This document shows, one piece after another, positions 1 to 10,818 of a stretch of DNA of 64,000 nucleotides. How positions within the stretch are numbered: the stretch's first letter is position 1; each line of letters starts with the position of its first letter. Both the position numbers and the translations under genes were made by a program. The stretch lies in assembly GCA_963758915.1 (NCBI GenBank), contig CAVWXH010000016.1, positions 256,001 through 320,000 on the forward strand, in the 5' to 3' direction. Below the pieces are notes generated by a model. That model saw only the letters and a list, made by a program, of their open reading frames with translations. It was not told the origin of the DNA and made no database searches. Source of the DNA: an uncultured Methanomicrobiales archaeon. GTDB taxonomy: Archaea > Halobacteriota > Methanomicrobia > Methanomicrobiales > Methanospirillaceae.

Positions 1-348
1 GATTGGTTCTGCAGAGATCAGGTGCCCGTTACGCATCACGTAGAGGCGGCGGAATGGCCAGTCCTCCTCAGGTTTAATCTCCCGGTCATAGTAGATCTGC
101 TTTGCAAAGGCGAGGGAACAGTAATTTCCTCCAGGGAATTCGAACAGGACGTCCTGCATGTAGCGGCGTATATACCAGCGCAGTTCTCCTGCAAGGGACA
201 GGCCGCTTACCAGGGATTCAATAGGGATGATAACCCCTCCAGGCCACTCTTTCGGGTGATAAAACCGCAATGTGTTCCGGGATGTCTCAGAGGCAGAGAG
301 TGTGTGGTACAGGTTGATACCTTCACGCTGGAGGAAGAATATGTTCAT
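1..348 (-). CDS. Conserved archaeal hypothetical protein (DUF5804-like), runs off the window edge
   Basis: Manual translation of the minus strand from ATG at 348 gives MNIFFLQREGINLYHTLSASETSRNTLRFY...ELRWYIRRYMQDVLFE, open to base 1. It resembles the euryarchaeal DUF5804 family (from memory). Not in the ORF track because it has no stop in the window. Confidence 0.65.
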   Translation of the reverse strand, partial: MNIFFLQREGINLYHTLSASETSRNTLRFYHPKEWPGGVIIPIESLVSGLSLAGELRWYIRRYMQDVLFEFPGGNYCSLAFAKQIYYDREIKPEEDWPFRRLYVMRNGHLISAEPI

Positions 349-521
349 TCGAGCTATTCCAAGAGAATAATCAGTTTCCAATAATAAAATACTGCCCTGT
401 ACCGGCAGCCTGAATCCTTTGCACACGGGTAACGAGGTGGTAAACAACCAATAATTCCAGAAAATTCCAGGAATACCATGTAGGTATTAAAAAGGGAGTG
501 TTAATCTCTCAGTGGAGGTAC

Positions 522-1682
522 TCAGGTATACATCCGGTCATCGAAGGCAATTTTGTTCCTGACCTTCCTGACCGCTGCCAGAAAGTCTTCGGCATTTACA
601 TTATCTGCTTCTTTCCGGACTGCAATCATCCCAGCCTCCCGGCAAATTGCCTGGACTTCTGCACCCGTCGTATTTTCAGTGAGATCAGCGATTTCTTCAA
701 GTGAAACACCTTCCAGACGGAGTTTTGCAGAGTGGATTTTAAGGATTTCCAGCCTGGAATCCCGGTCTGGCAGTGGTATCTCAATGACACGGTCAAACCT
801 TCCGGGCCTGAGAAGTGCCGGGTCGAGCATATCAACCCTGTTTGTTGCAGCCATTATCCGGACATCCCCACGGTTATTGAATCCATCCATCTCGGCAAGG
901 AGCTGCATCAGTGTTCTCTGTACTTCGGCACTTCCTGAAGTCCCGTCATTTGTCCTCGTACTGCCGACTGCATCAATTTCGTCAATAAATACTATAGAGG
1001 GTGCCCGTTCCCGGGCGAGCATGAATAACTCGCGCACCAGCTGGGCCCCTTCGCCAATGTATTTATGGACAAGTTCGCTCCCGGACATCCTGATAAACGT
1101 GGCCTTGGCCTGGTGGGCCACAGCCTTCGCAATCAATGTCTTACCGGTTCCCGGAGGTCCGTATAAAAGAATACCCTTTGGAGGTTCTACACCAAGCCGC
1201 TCAAAGATTTCCGGCCTGGTAAGGGGGTACTCTACAGATTCCCGGACCTCTTCTATTTCTTTTAAAAGCCCGCCAATTTGTTTGAACGTAACATTCGGGG
1301 ACTCTTCGAGTTCCATTACACGGACACGTGAGTCAAAAACACTGCCTACAATTTTTACGATGGAGAGGGCGTTGTTAACTGCTACTTTCGTTCCAGGTTT
1401 TAATTCCTTCCCGATTTCTGTACTTACATGTGTCAGGTATTCCTGGTTGTTACCCTGCTGTCGTAAATAGATCTCCCCGTTCTCAAGGATGTCCACCACT
1501 ACGGCGATGAACAACGGCATGCGCTTGAGCTGGGCATTTTCACGTTTCAGCTGGGTGTTATCCCGTAAGAGTTCGTCATTTTTTATTTTGACTTCCAGAA
1601 GTTGTGCCTCAATATCCTGGAGCCTGAGTTTTAATTTCAGCTCCCCTTCGTTTAAGGGATTATTAATGACGGTCTCTTCCAT
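522..1682 (-). CDS. pan: Proteasome-activating nucleotidase (AAA+ ATPase)
   Basis: N-terminal coiled coil and OB domain, Walker A GPPGTGKT, Walker B IVFIDEID, SRH motif ALLRPGRFDR, C-terminal HbYX (MYT). Start placed at MEETV. Confidence 0.97.
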   Translation of the reverse strand: MEETVINNPLNEGELKLKLRLQDIEAQLLEVKIKNDELLRDNTQLKRENAQLKRMPLFIAVVVDILENGEIYLRQQGNNQEYLTHVSTEIGKELKPGTKVAVNNALSIVKIVGSVFDSRVRVMELEESPNVTFKQIGGLLKEIEEVRESVEYPLTRPEIFERLGVEPPKGILLYGPPGTGKTLIAKAVAHQAKATFIRMSGSELVHKYIGEGAQLVRELFMLARERAPSIVFIDEIDAVGSTRTNDGTSGSAEVQRTLMQLLAEMDGFNNRGDVRIMAATNRVDMLDPALLRPGRFDRVIEIPLPDRDSRLEILKIHSAKLRLEGVSLEEIADLTENTTGAEVQAICREAGMIAVRKEADNVNAEDFLAAVRKVRNKIAFDDRMYT

Positions 1683-1726
1683 GTTACTATTATATCTCAA
1701 TTTTCATACATATATCAGGTGCGATT

Positions 1727-2128
1727 GTGATATTTCGAGGCAGGGGGATTGCGAAAGGGTGTGCATCCGGTGAACTTCTGGTTAGTCCGGAGCCGATCTC
1801 GTTCCTGTCAGGTGTAAATCCTGATACCGGAGTGGTAGTAGAAAAAGGGCATCCATTAGAGGGTCAGAATCTTTCAGGCAGGGTGATTGCTTTTGATCAT
1901 GGAAAAGGATCCACGGTCGGATCATATGTACTCTATGCCCTGTCTAAAAACGGGCATGCTCCTGCGGCGATAGTGAATACCGAAGCTGAACCGATTATTG
2001 TGGTAGGGGCAATAATGGGGGGCATCCCGATGATCGACAGGATTGGAGTCCCCGTTACGGAGCTGAAATCCGGTAGACTGGTAACGGTAAACGGGGATAC
2101 CGGAGAGCTCATGTACGAGGAACATTAA
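1727..2128 (+). CDS. DUF126 / aconitase X swivel-domain protein (phosphomevalonate dehydratase small-subunit family)
   Basis: Motifs PISFLSGVNPDTG, HPLEG, GKGSTVGSY, APAAI, EPIIVVGAI. Confidence 0.85.
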   Translation: MIFRGRGIAKGCASGELLVSPEPISFLSGVNPDTGVVVEKGHPLEGQNLSGRVIAFDHGKGSTVGSYVLYALSKNGHAPAAIVNTEAEPIIVVGAIMGGIPMIDRIGVPVTELKSGRLVTVNGDTGELMYEEH

Positions 2129-2177
2129 CCCGGATAACTTCAAAAGAATGAAGTAGTACCTGGCAGAATCCATTTTT

Positions 2178-2606
2178 ATGAAACAATGGGTTTTCATTAG
2201 TATTCTGGCTCTTATGGCGATCATTTTTGCGGGTTGCACGAACCTGCCAGCACCGCCCCCCGCACAGGGGCAGAACCCGACCGGAACTCTGGTAACCGGT
2301 CCTGTTGTCACGCTTCCTGTAACTACTTCTGTTGATATCCAGGTCATGCAGAAAGATTCAGTCTATTCAACTGTCGACGTGGTATTTGGAGGTGGTAATG
2401 GACAGTTACAGGTCAGTTCCTGTGATGTGGTATTTACACGGAGCGATGGGACTTCAGAATCAAGGAAGTTACAACCAGAAAAAGGGGCTACAATTACCTT
2501 GCAGGGGACAAAGGGAACAGATCGTGTTGAAGTTTCCGTTACCATGAAGGACGGAAAGACCTACAGGGTTATTGACCAGCTTGTTCCGTACAGGACGCGT
2601 GGATAG
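2178..2606 (+). CDS. Predicted lipoprotein, unknown function
   Basis: Signal peptide with lipobox FAGC, Pro/Thr linker, beta-rich C-terminal domain. Confidence 0.75.
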   Translation: MKQWVFISILALMAIIFAGCTNLPAPPPAQGQNPTGTLVTGPVVTLPVTTSVDIQVMQKDSVYSTVDVVFGGGNGQLQVSSCDVVFTRSDGTSESRKLQPEKGATITLQGTKGTDRVEVSVTMKDGKTYRVIDQLVPYRTRG

Positions 2607-2877
2607 GACGTATTTCTATGTATCCCTGTCGGGTACTGGAAAAATATGTAAGACCTATAATTTTTTATGAATGCAATAAACCATTCATCAGTACATGAAC
2701 GTGATGAGATGCAGGATTAGCAGGAGAAAGGTACCGCGTAGCAGGTAATAATAGTACAGCGTTGGCCTGATGCCACGTTTAAATTCCGGCGTTGTTATTC
2801 ATGGCTGTCAGATGCATTTCATTTTTTTACTGTGCCGGGATGAACAGGTTACTATCAAGGAGAGAATGGAGAGGCTT

Positions 2878-3999
2878 ATGAAGACCTGCTGGAGGGACAT
2901 AGCTGCTGCCGGAAATTCCTATGCAGCACTCAGGGCAGCATGTAGCGTCCATGGAATCTCCCTTCACCCTGTCCGTGCTCCTTCGGCGGATATTACTTGT
3001 TACAGTCTCAATTCTGTGACCGCCAGAAGATATGAAAACGAGATCAGGGAAGCGGAGTGCATAACCATCGCGGGTGGCCCCTATTCGTCCGCATGTTACC
3101 GCGAGGTGTCGCTCTATGCAGATTATGTCGTCGTTGGTGAAGGTGAACATACCCTGCCGGCATTACTTCACCATATTATGGGTCCTGAAATAACGCCTCT
3201 TCCCCCAGGGGTTGCGACATCGGAGGCGTTCAATCCTCCGGATTCAAACGTTTTCCTTGATGCATATCCTCCCTTTCGTGAGGTGAAAGGATATATTGAA
3301 TGCTCACGGGGATGTCCGTTTCATTGTGGATATTGCCAGACTCCTTCGCTATTTGGCGGATCAATGAGGCACCGTAGTATTGATTCAATTGTCAAATACG
3401 CTAACAGGGTCAGGGATGCACGCTTCGTTACACCCAATGCATTTGCATATGGTTCTGACGGCAGGTCACCGAGATTTGAAAAAATCCGGAAATTGCTCGG
3501 TAACATAGAATCAAATATCTATTTTGGAACATTTCCAAGTGAAGTCCGCCCCGAATTTATCTGCCGCGAGGCACTCGAGATTGTCAGAGACTATTGCATG
3601 AACACGAAACTGCATTTTGGCGCGCAGTCTGGTAGCGACCGGGTCCTCAAACAGCTTCACCGCGGGCATTCGGTATCCGATGTGGTCTCGGCTGTTGAAT
3701 TATGCCACGAATACGGCATTACCCCTGTTGTAGATTTTATCCTTGGTCTTCCTGATGAAGTCGATGAAGACCAGCTGAAAAGCCTTGATCTTATCAGGTG
3801 GATTTCGAAATACGGGCATATCCATGTCCACCAGTTCCTCCCGTTACCTGGGACTGCGCTATCAGGTGCATTACCACGTCCTATTATAAGCGAGGTCCAG
3901 CAGGTCCTCGGGAAGCTGGCACTCCGGCGAAAAGTAACGGGTTCCTGGTGTGATCATGAGATAAGGTTTTTTACAACCCCTTCGAATGATATTACATGA
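2878..3999 (+). CDS. B12-binding/radical SAM protein (TIGR04013-like)
   Basis: IECSRGCPFHCGYC (CxxxCxxC), VVVGEGE, FGTFPSEVRPE, GAQSGSDRVL. Start placed at MKTCW. Confidence 0.85.
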   Translation: MKTCWRDIAAAGNSYAALRAACSVHGISLHPVRAPSADITCYSLNSVTARRYENEIREAECITIAGGPYSSACYREVSLYADYVVVGEGEHTLPALLHHIMGPEITPLPPGVATSEAFNPPDSNVFLDAYPPFREVKGYIECSRGCPFHCGYCQTPSLFGGSMRHRSIDSIVKYANRVRDARFVTPNAFAYGSDGRSPRFEKIRKLLGNIESNIYFGTFPSEVRPEFICREALEIVRDYCMNTKLHFGAQSGSDRVLKQLHRGHSVSDVVSAVELCHEYGITPVVDFILGLPDEVDEDQLKSLDLIRWISKYGHIHVHQFLPLPGTALSGALPRPIISEVQQVLGKLALRRKVTGSWCDHEIRFFTTPSNDIT

Positions 4000-4637
4000 T
4001 GGATGTGCTATTGTTAGCAGATCTGCATGGTCAATTTGGTAAAATTGATTCATTTTTGGATCTCGGGGCCGATGCAGTTTTTATTGCCGGCGACCTCACC
4101 GATATGGGACCCGCAGATTCCGTTGAACCCCTAATGTCCCGGATAGATGTACCCTGTTTTGTGGTACCGGGCAACTGTGACCCAAAAGAGATATTAGATG
4201 TCCTTGAACACTCTGACAGTGTCTGCCTTCATGCGTCTCAGATCAACCTCGGGAAGATCTCAATCGCAGGAATTGGTGGCTCTAATCCGACACCGTTCAA
4301 TACTCCGTTCGAAATGACGGACAAACAGATTGAAAATATCTTGAACGAAATCATGCCGAAGATGGAACGGACTGTTCATAATGTCCTGTTAACCCATGCA
4401 CCACCCTATGGTAGTCTTGATGTAATTAACGGGGAGCATGTTGGCAGTGCCAGTATCCAGCGCCACATGAAATCTTTCGACCTTGTATGTTGTGCCCATA
4501 TCCATGAGCAGCGGGGCATAATTGAAGTAGAAGGTACAAAAGTGGTAAACCCAGGCATGGCATCAACAGGTAACTGTGCCATGATCCATTTCGGCAATGA
4601 AGCAAAAGACATAAAGATCGAGCTCCTCACTGTTTAG
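3996..4637 (+). CDS. Metallophosphoesterase (calcineurin-like)
   Basis: DLHG, GDLTD, PGNCD, THAPP and AHIHE motifs. Confidence 0.9.
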   Translation: MMDVLLLADLHGQFGKIDSFLDLGADAVFIAGDLTDMGPADSVEPLMSRIDVPCFVVPGNCDPKEILDVLEHSDSVCLHASQINLGKISIAGIGGSNPTPFNTPFEMTDKQIENILNEIMPKMERTVHNVLLTHAPPYGSLDVINGEHVGSASIQRHMKSFDLVCCAHIHEQRGIIEVEGTKVVNPGMASTGNCAMIHFGNEAKDIKIELLTV

Positions 4638-5154
4638 CGAGGATAAGCTCAAGGTACGAGGCGAGAATCTGTTCTCCCCTGACACCGATCTTTTCTGCAA
4701 TATTCTCAATTATGCTGGTATCCGATACATCAGACTCCGACCGTATTACCTCAATCTCCACGAAGGATCCCAGATCCCGAACTTCATCAAGGGCGATTGA
4801 AGCATGTCCGAATGAATAATACTCCCGGACTTTGTCGACAACAGCTGTTTTGCGAAAACCGATACGTTCGAGCATCTGCTCAAAATCAGGGCCCCCTTCG
4901 ACGGTAACATTCAGTTCTTCGCGGGCTTTAAATGCGAGGTCCCTTCGCTTGGCACCTTTATAGGTGATCGTGGTCCTGCCGCTGCTGTACCGGACCCTCA
5001 GTGCCTCGTCGGTAACGGCAAAATCCCGGTGGGGGGCGTTGTAGTAAATATCATGTTCCCCCGTTTTTTCTGTCATATGGGCGCCAATTGCCAACAGGCG
5101 TTCCCGGACTGGTACGAGGTCAGATACCTGGACTTTTAGTTCTATTTCAAGCAT
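4627..5154 (-). CDS. cyaB: CYTH-domain protein (class IV adenylate cyclase-like)
   Basis: N-terminal EIELK, DEALRVR, TYKG, GSFVEIE. Confidence 0.88.
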   Translation of the reverse strand: MLEIELKVQVSDLVPVRERLLAIGAHMTEKTGEHDIYYNAPHRDFAVTDEALRVRYSSGRTTITYKGAKRRDLAFKAREELNVTVEGGPDFEQMLERIGFRKTAVVDKVREYYSFGHASIALDEVRDLGSFVEIEVIRSESDVSDTSIIENIAEKIGVRGEQILASYLELILAKQ

Positions 5155-5210
5155 ACAAGTGACACAGGTTTATCTATCATCGCCTCGACGTTATATACCA
5201 AGTGATAACG

Positions 5211-5903
5211 ATGGCAATACAGGAAGGAGATTTTGTTAAACTGAGCTATACCGGTGGCGTGAACGGACGGATTTTTGACACCACTGACGAAGAGGAGGCT
5301 AAAACAGTCGGAATTCATAACCCCCAGGCGTTGTACGGTCCGATCGTGATTCGTGCAGGAAGTCACCATGTAATTCTCGGACTGGATGAAGCACTTATTG
5401 GGAAAGATGAAGGCTTCGAGGGAGATCTCGAGATATCTCCAGAGAAGGGGTTTGGCCTTCATGACCCGAAACGTGTTGAATCATTCCCGAAAAATAAGTT
5501 CAAGGAGAAACCTGTCAAGGGGATGAGTGTTAAAGTCGAGGAACTTGGTGAAGGGGTTGTTATCGATGTTATCGGCGGGCGTGTGATTGTTGATTTTAAC
5601 CACCCGCTTTCAGGAAAAACCCTCAATTATCATTTCAGGATTGATTCCAAAGTTGATGACCTCGTGGAAAAAGTAAAAGGATTGCTCCACCTTTATGCAG
5701 GCCGCGACATGGATCTCTCTTTCCTGGACGGTAACCTCACAATCAGCCTGCCCCCGGGTATTAACTATGACCGACGCTGGGTGATGTGGAGGAGCCGTGT
5801 TATTCATGAATCTTTTGAATACATTCCTGACATCCAGGAGATTATCCTTGTTGAATCCTTTAAAAGACCAGCGGAATCCGGAAAGGAAACCGTTGAAGAA
5901 TAG
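5211..5903 (+). CDS. slyD: FKBP-type peptidyl-prolyl isomerase (long archaeal SlyD type)
   Basis: GDFVKLSYTG, IFDTT, VILGLDEAL, VDFNHPLSGKTL. Confidence 0.92.
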   Translation: MAIQEGDFVKLSYTGGVNGRIFDTTDEEEAKTVGIHNPQALYGPIVIRAGSHHVILGLDEALIGKDEGFEGDLEISPEKGFGLHDPKRVESFPKNKFKEKPVKGMSVKVEELGEGVVIDVIGGRVIVDFNHPLSGKTLNYHFRIDSKVDDLVEKVKGLLHLYAGRDMDLSFLDGNLTISLPPGINYDRRWVMWRSRVIHESFEYIPDIQEIILVESFKRPAESGKETVEE

Positions 5904-5981
5904 ATATTCCAATAATTTTTTCCCTTTTTTGATATCGCCAAAAAAAAATGTAATTCTGGTGATCGGAATGATTTGTTCGTT

Positions 5982-7322
5982 TCACAGGGTTACTGGCCTG
6001 AGCTTTTGGATTACCTGTTCAACCTGCCGGACAGCGGTGCCGATATAGTTGTCAGGGTTTAACAGCTCCCCAATCTCCGCGGGAGTTAACAATTCGAGTA
6101 CCCTGGCATGTGTACCCAGTACTTCTGAGAGTGCGCGTTTTTCTGCCAACGCCTCCATGCTGGCAACCCTGACAATTTCATGAGCTTCCTGGCGGTCCAT
6201 ACCTTTTTTTGTCAGTTCGATCATAATTGACTCCGCCATATTGACCCCATGGAGAAAATTTAAATTATCGCGGATCCGGTCTTCCCTGATGCATAACCCT
6301 TCGAGTACACGGATCATCACATGCAGGACATGATCGGTTAATATGGTGGCTTCGGGGAATATTACCCGTTCACAGGATGAATTAGTAAGGTCACGTTCGT
6401 CCCAGAGTGTGTTATTGAGGAGTGCAGGTTCAACTGCAGCCCGTATTACTCGTGCCAGCCCGCATACCTGCTCACTTTTTATAGGATTTCTTTTATGCGG
6501 CATTGTGCTTGAACCGACCTGCTTTTTTCCAAACGCCTCCTCCAGTTCACCGATCTCTGTCCGTTGGAGTGACCTGATTTCGACCCCGATTTTATCAAGT
6601 GTGGTAGCAACGTTCGCAAGGAACATAAAATACTCTGCATAACGGTCACGGGAAATAACCTGGTTGGAGACATCGACATGTGAGAGACCAAGAATTGACA
6701 TCATGGTCTCCTGTACTTCGATACCCCTGTTGCCAAGTGATGCCTGGGTTCCGACTGCCCCGGTCATCTGGCCAACTGCCACGCGAGGCCTGATCTCATT
6801 CAGTCTCTCAATATGTCTTCCGGTCTCACTTGCCCAGATTGCAAATCTCAACCCGTACGTGGTTGGTACGCCAATCTGGCCGTGTGTCCGTCCGGCACAA
6901 ACAAGGTTTATTGTCTCGCCGCTACGGGTAAGAAGTACGGAGAGAAGATTTTTTAATTTTTTATCTATCAGTTCAAGTGATTGTTTTAACTGAAGCCCGG
7001 TTGCGGTGTCAAGCATATCGTTCGAGGTTGCGCCGTAATGGACCCACCTGGCAGAAGTCCCGCATTCTTCTGATATTGATTTTACAATTGCCATCATATC
7101 ATGGCTGATCTCTTCCTCAATTTCTTTTGCACGTGCGAGTTTTGCATTTTTTGCATATTTTTCAATCTCATCTGCTGCCGATGACGGGATCATGTGATGA
7201 ACTGCCTCTGCGCGGGCAAGAGCAATTTCAGCAGCGATGATACAGTTGAACCGGTTTTCTTCGCCCCAGATGTGGCGCATTTCTTTTGTTCCATAACGGT
7301 ATTCGATCGGGTGGACTGCCAT
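5982..7322 (-). CDS. purB: Adenylosuccinate lyase
   Basis: Fumarate-lyase signature GSSTMPHKRNP, plus HYGATSND and GRTHGQ. Confidence 0.97.
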   Translation of the reverse strand: MAVHPIEYRYGTKEMRHIWGEENRFNCIIAAEIALARAEAVHHMIPSSAADEIEKYAKNAKLARAKEIEEEISHDMMAIVKSISEECGTSARWVHYGATSNDMLDTATGLQLKQSLELIDKKLKNLLSVLLTRSGETINLVCAGRTHGQIGVPTTYGLRFAIWASETGRHIERLNEIRPRVAVGQMTGAVGTQASLGNRGIEVQETMMSILGLSHVDVSNQVISRDRYAEYFMFLANVATTLDKIGVEIRSLQRTEIGELEEAFGKKQVGSSTMPHKRNPIKSEQVCGLARVIRAAVEPALLNNTLWDERDLTNSSCERVIFPEATILTDHVLHVMIRVLEGLCIREDRIRDNLNFLHGVNMAESIMIELTKKGMDRQEAHEIVRVASMEALAEKRALSEVLGTHARVLELLTPAEIGELLNPDNYIGTAVRQVEQVIQKLRPVTL

Positions 7323-7376
7323 CTGAAAAGATCCTCTCCTGCTATTCTAAAGCATTGTGAAACCTATTATATGTTA

Positions 7377-9383
7377 ATGGATCACCTCGACGAATGGTTC
7401 CCCTACAACAACTACCGGCCGAATCAACGGCAGATGCTTGAAGTGGTAGCGGCAAGCGCAAAACAGGGGGGTATTGTCATGATTGATGCCCCGACCGGAA
7501 GCGGTAAGTCGAGCGCTGTTGCGGCATTACTATCTGAGCGGGGGAGCCGCAAGGTCATCATCGCCGTGAGGACAATCAGCCAGCTGACTACCTTTATTCG
7601 TGAATTATCACTTATAAAAAAAAAGAAACCTGCACTGAAATTTTCATTTCTTGTCGGTAAATCCAATTTATGCCCCCTTGGCGGGGAAGGGGACGTCTAC
7701 CGGAGATGCGAAGGGGTAAAAGGTCTCACCACATCGCTGATGCGCGAACGCGCTGAACAGGGGTCGCTGGTCCCGGCATTAGATCCGGTCATAAAAAAGC
7801 AGGTTGCTCGGATTGACCGCGATCACCCTATGATCTGCCCTTATTTTATTAATAGCAGGATTTACATGAAGGCAGAAGGGGGCGCACTGAAGATGGCCCC
7901 GTCCCCCCCGCTGCGGTTGAAAGCAGACAGGGTGCTGTTACCGGGTGTCCAGCCCCAGCAATTAACGGAGTTGTGTGGTGAAATATGCCCATACGAGACG
8001 ATGCTCTATGCAGCCCAGAAAGCTGACGTTATTATCCTTAATTATTACCACCTGTTTGATGATATGGTCAGGGAGCAACTCTACCAGTCAATCGGAGTTG
8101 AACCTTCAGATGTACTCCTGCTAATCGATGAGGCGCATAACTGTGGTGAGGTATTACAGGATGTCCAGTCTGTCCGTTTAGAAGAACCCTCGCTAGAGCA
8201 GGCTGCCCACGAGCTCCTCCACCTGAAAAGGACAATGAAAGGTGTCGATGCGGTTCATCACCTGATACCAAGGATCAAGGACTATATGCAGGGCCTGAAG
8301 AGTTCCCTCGAAACTGAGGACTGGTTCGACCCCGGGATATTCGAACGGATTATCCTTAAAGGTTCATTATACGGGTCACTTTCTGAAATTGTAGAGGAAC
8401 TTATGACCATCAGCGAACGGATCAGGGAGAGCAATATCCGTGCGGGTGAGTTTAAGGAAACTGCCATTGAGCGCCTTACCGCTTTCATGTTCCGTCTGGA
8501 ACAGTCAGCTTCTGATACGTCGTATCTTACCGTTTATAAAAAAGATGAAGATTCAATCTTTCTTGAAGTGCGAAATATTGACCCCGGGCCAAAAATGCGC
8601 GAACTGGGTGGATCGCATTACAGTTGCACGATGATATCGGGGACCCTTTCCCCGGTCACCAGTTACCGGAAGTACTATTTTGGAGATACGGATGTTACAC
8701 TGTGTTCTCTCCCGAATTCGTTCCCGAAACAGAACAGGAGGATCTTATGTGCACGTGATATTACCACCTCATTCTCACAGCGGCAGGATAAAGGAAATAC
8801 CCAGAATATCGTGGATTATATAGGGGTATTTACAAAGATCCCCGGCAACCTGGCTGTTTACTTCCCGTCCTACCAGATCCTTGACCAGTACGCAGCCAGG
8901 GTAGTGTCAGGGATATCGAAAAAAAAGGTCTATATTGAGCCAAAAGATGCAAAAGATGCAAATATTGCATTAAATGAATTCATGGAGCTTCCGGCCATGA
9001 ATAAATCAGGAGTAATTTTTGCAGTCTGTGGGGGGAAATGGAGTGAGGGCCTTGATTACCGGGGGGATATGCTCTCGGGAGCACTTGTGATTGGATTACC
9101 CCTTGCGCCTTTCAACCGGCCCAGAAGGATGGTTATTGATTACTTTCGCCACAAATTCGGGGAGGAAGGTGAATTCATCTGTTACACCCTGCCGGCAATT
9201 AACCGCGCACAACAGGCCCTTGGCCGGGTAATACGGACTCCGGAAGACCGTGGTGTGCTGGTATTCGGTGAGAAACGGTTCCTTGAGTCAAAGGTCATCC
9301 GTGGACTCCCTGCGTGGATCAGGGAAGAGATAATAGAATGCGACCTCCATGAATTCAGGGAGATGATGTCAGGTTGGAGGTAA
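7377..9383 (+). CDS. XPD/Rad3-family Fe-S DNA helicase
   Basis: Q motif FPY..YRPNQ, Walker A APTGSGKS, four Cys including two CPY, DEAH box, SGTL, SEGLDY, QALGRVIR. Confidence 0.92.
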   Translation: MDHLDEWFPYNNYRPNQRQMLEVVAASAKQGGIVMIDAPTGSGKSSAVAALLSERGSRKVIIAVRTISQLTTFIRELSLIKKKKPALKFSFLVGKSNLCPLGGEGDVYRRCEGVKGLTTSLMRERAEQGSLVPALDPVIKKQVARIDRDHPMICPYFINSRIYMKAEGGALKMAPSPPLRLKADRVLLPGVQPQQLTELCGEICPYETMLYAAQKADVIILNYYHLFDDMVREQLYQSIGVEPSDVLLLIDEAHNCGEVLQDVQSVRLEEPSLEQAAHELLHLKRTMKGVDAVHHLIPRIKDYMQGLKSSLETEDWFDPGIFERIILKGSLYGSLSEIVEELMTISERIRESNIRAGEFKETAIERLTAFMFRLEQSASDTSYLTVYKKDEDSIFLEVRNIDPGPKMRELGGSHYSCTMISGTLSPVTSYRKYYFGDTDVTLCSLPNSFPKQNRRILCARDITTSFSQRQDKGNTQNIVDYIGVFTKIPGNLAVYFPSYQILDQYAARVVSGISKKKVYIEPKDAKDANIALNEFMELPAMNKSGVIFAVCGGKWSEGLDYRGDMLSGALVIGLPLAPFNRPRRMVIDYFRHKFGEEGEFICYTLPAINRAQQALGRVIRTPEDRGVLVFGEKRFLESKVIRGLPAWIREEIIECDLHEFREMMSGWR

Positions 9384-9820
9384 TGAGTGGCTCCTGCCGT
9401 TTCGGACTCTGGTTTGTGCATGTCTGGTGGTCGGGAGACCAGATTTTCCAGGTGGTATTTTCGAAATCCCCTTTGACCGGGACGGTTCCCCCACCCTTTA
9501 TACGCTATTGTGCAGGGAAAGAAGAGAATTTCCAGTCCCATGAGAGCGTTGCAACCACCTATCCGACAATATTTGGACGTATTTACCAGGAGGTAAGGAA
9601 GGTGCCGTATGGAGAGACTACAACCTATGGGGACATTGCGGTAAAGGTTTCCACCTCTCCGAGAGTAGTCGGGCAGGCGATGCGACACAACCCCACACCC
9701 CTGGTCATTCCATGCCATCGTATTGTTGGAAAGCATGGTGTCGGCGGGTTTACCCCATCACCCGAAATAAAAGAAATGTTGATACTGATGGAAAAAAAGA
9801 CCAAGGACAGAAGAAAGTGA
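9383..9820 (+). CDS. ogt: Methylated-DNA--protein-cysteine methyltransferase
   Basis: VPYGETTTYGDIA, RVVGQAM, active-site PCHRIV. Start overlaps the helicase stop codon. Confidence 0.9.
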   Translation: MSGSCRFGLWFVHVWWSGDQIFQVVFSKSPLTGTVPPPFIRYCAGKEENFQSHESVATTYPTIFGRIYQEVRKVPYGETTTYGDIAVKVSTSPRVVGQAMRHNPTPLVIPCHRIVGKHGVGGFTPSPEIKEMLILMEKKTKDRRK

Positions 9821-10054
9821 GGGAGCACAAGGTGACGCGGTGAAGTTGGATAAATTTTTTTATGGATTTTTTGTTGATCCGGAGAAAAAAAACTATTAAA
9901 CCCGCTTAACCAAGCTAGTACAATAATCCTGATGGATTAAATTGCAGTCCTTTCTGCATCACGTCACTGAAATGGTTTACATTGTAATAAAAAATTAACC
10001 ATGAATCTAAAACAGCGTAATGATAATCTGATCTTGTAAGACAGGAAAATTTAG

Positions 10055-10642
10055 ATGAGGACTGCAATAATTCTCGTGGGAGGCGAAGCAAAAAGAGCCG
10101 AGGGGCGCGAGAAATATTTTTTTCTCCATGAAGGGAAGACATTTCTGTCGAGATTACTTGATTCTCTTGTACCGGTAGTTGACGAGGTGATACTTGTTGC
10201 AAGAAATCCTGATCAATGTATCCGTTTTAAAGACTATGAGAATATTTTTTGCGTTACCGATATCAGGACAGGTATTGGTCCAATCGGGGGTATCCATGCC
10301 GGTGTTCTTGCTGCAAAAGGGGAGAATGTTTTCATATCCGGGTGCGATATGCCATTTGTCTGCACGGAAATTGTAAATCAGCTCTTTTCACGGATTAATG
10401 GATACGATGCAATCATACCTGCCTGGAATAATGAAAAATTTGAGCCCCTTCATGCCGTTTATAAAAGAGATGCCTTATTACAATACCTGATATCCCACGA
10501 ATCTTTGTCTCTTCGTACAATGATCCGCAGCCTTTACACGTATTATATTAATGTTGATGAATTCAGAAAGGTTGACCCTAATCTCCGCACGTTTGTGAAT
10601 ATAAATATGGTTGAGGACCTCTCGACACTCAATAAATTATAA
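10055..10642 (+). CDS. mobA: Molybdenum cofactor guanylyltransferase
   Basis: IILVGGEAKR, GPIGGI, GCDMPF, EPLHAVY, FVNIN. Confidence 0.9.
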   Translation: MRTAIILVGGEAKRAEGREKYFFLHEGKTFLSRLLDSLVPVVDEVILVARNPDQCIRFKDYENIFCVTDIRTGIGPIGGIHAGVLAAKGENVFISGCDMPFVCTEIVNQLFSRINGYDAIIPAWNNEKFEPLHAVYKRDALLQYLISHESLSLRTMIRSLYTYYINVDEFRKVDPNLRTFVNINMVEDLSTLNKL

Positions 10643-10818
10643 AAAAAACCTCCTGAAATTTCCTAAAATATGGTAGACTAAAAAAATGAACAAAGTTTGA
10701 GCATTAAATTCCATTTGATATAATTCACTAATCCGGAATACTGCTGATATTTTATCACTGACTCTTCTTTGGAACAGGGAAATGATAGGAAATGAAAAAG
10801 AAAACTATTGATTGATAT

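Noticed and set aside
553-1470. 305-aa ORF antisense to pan
   Set aside because: Shadow ORF: Ser-rich, no motifs, fully overlapping a conserved gene.
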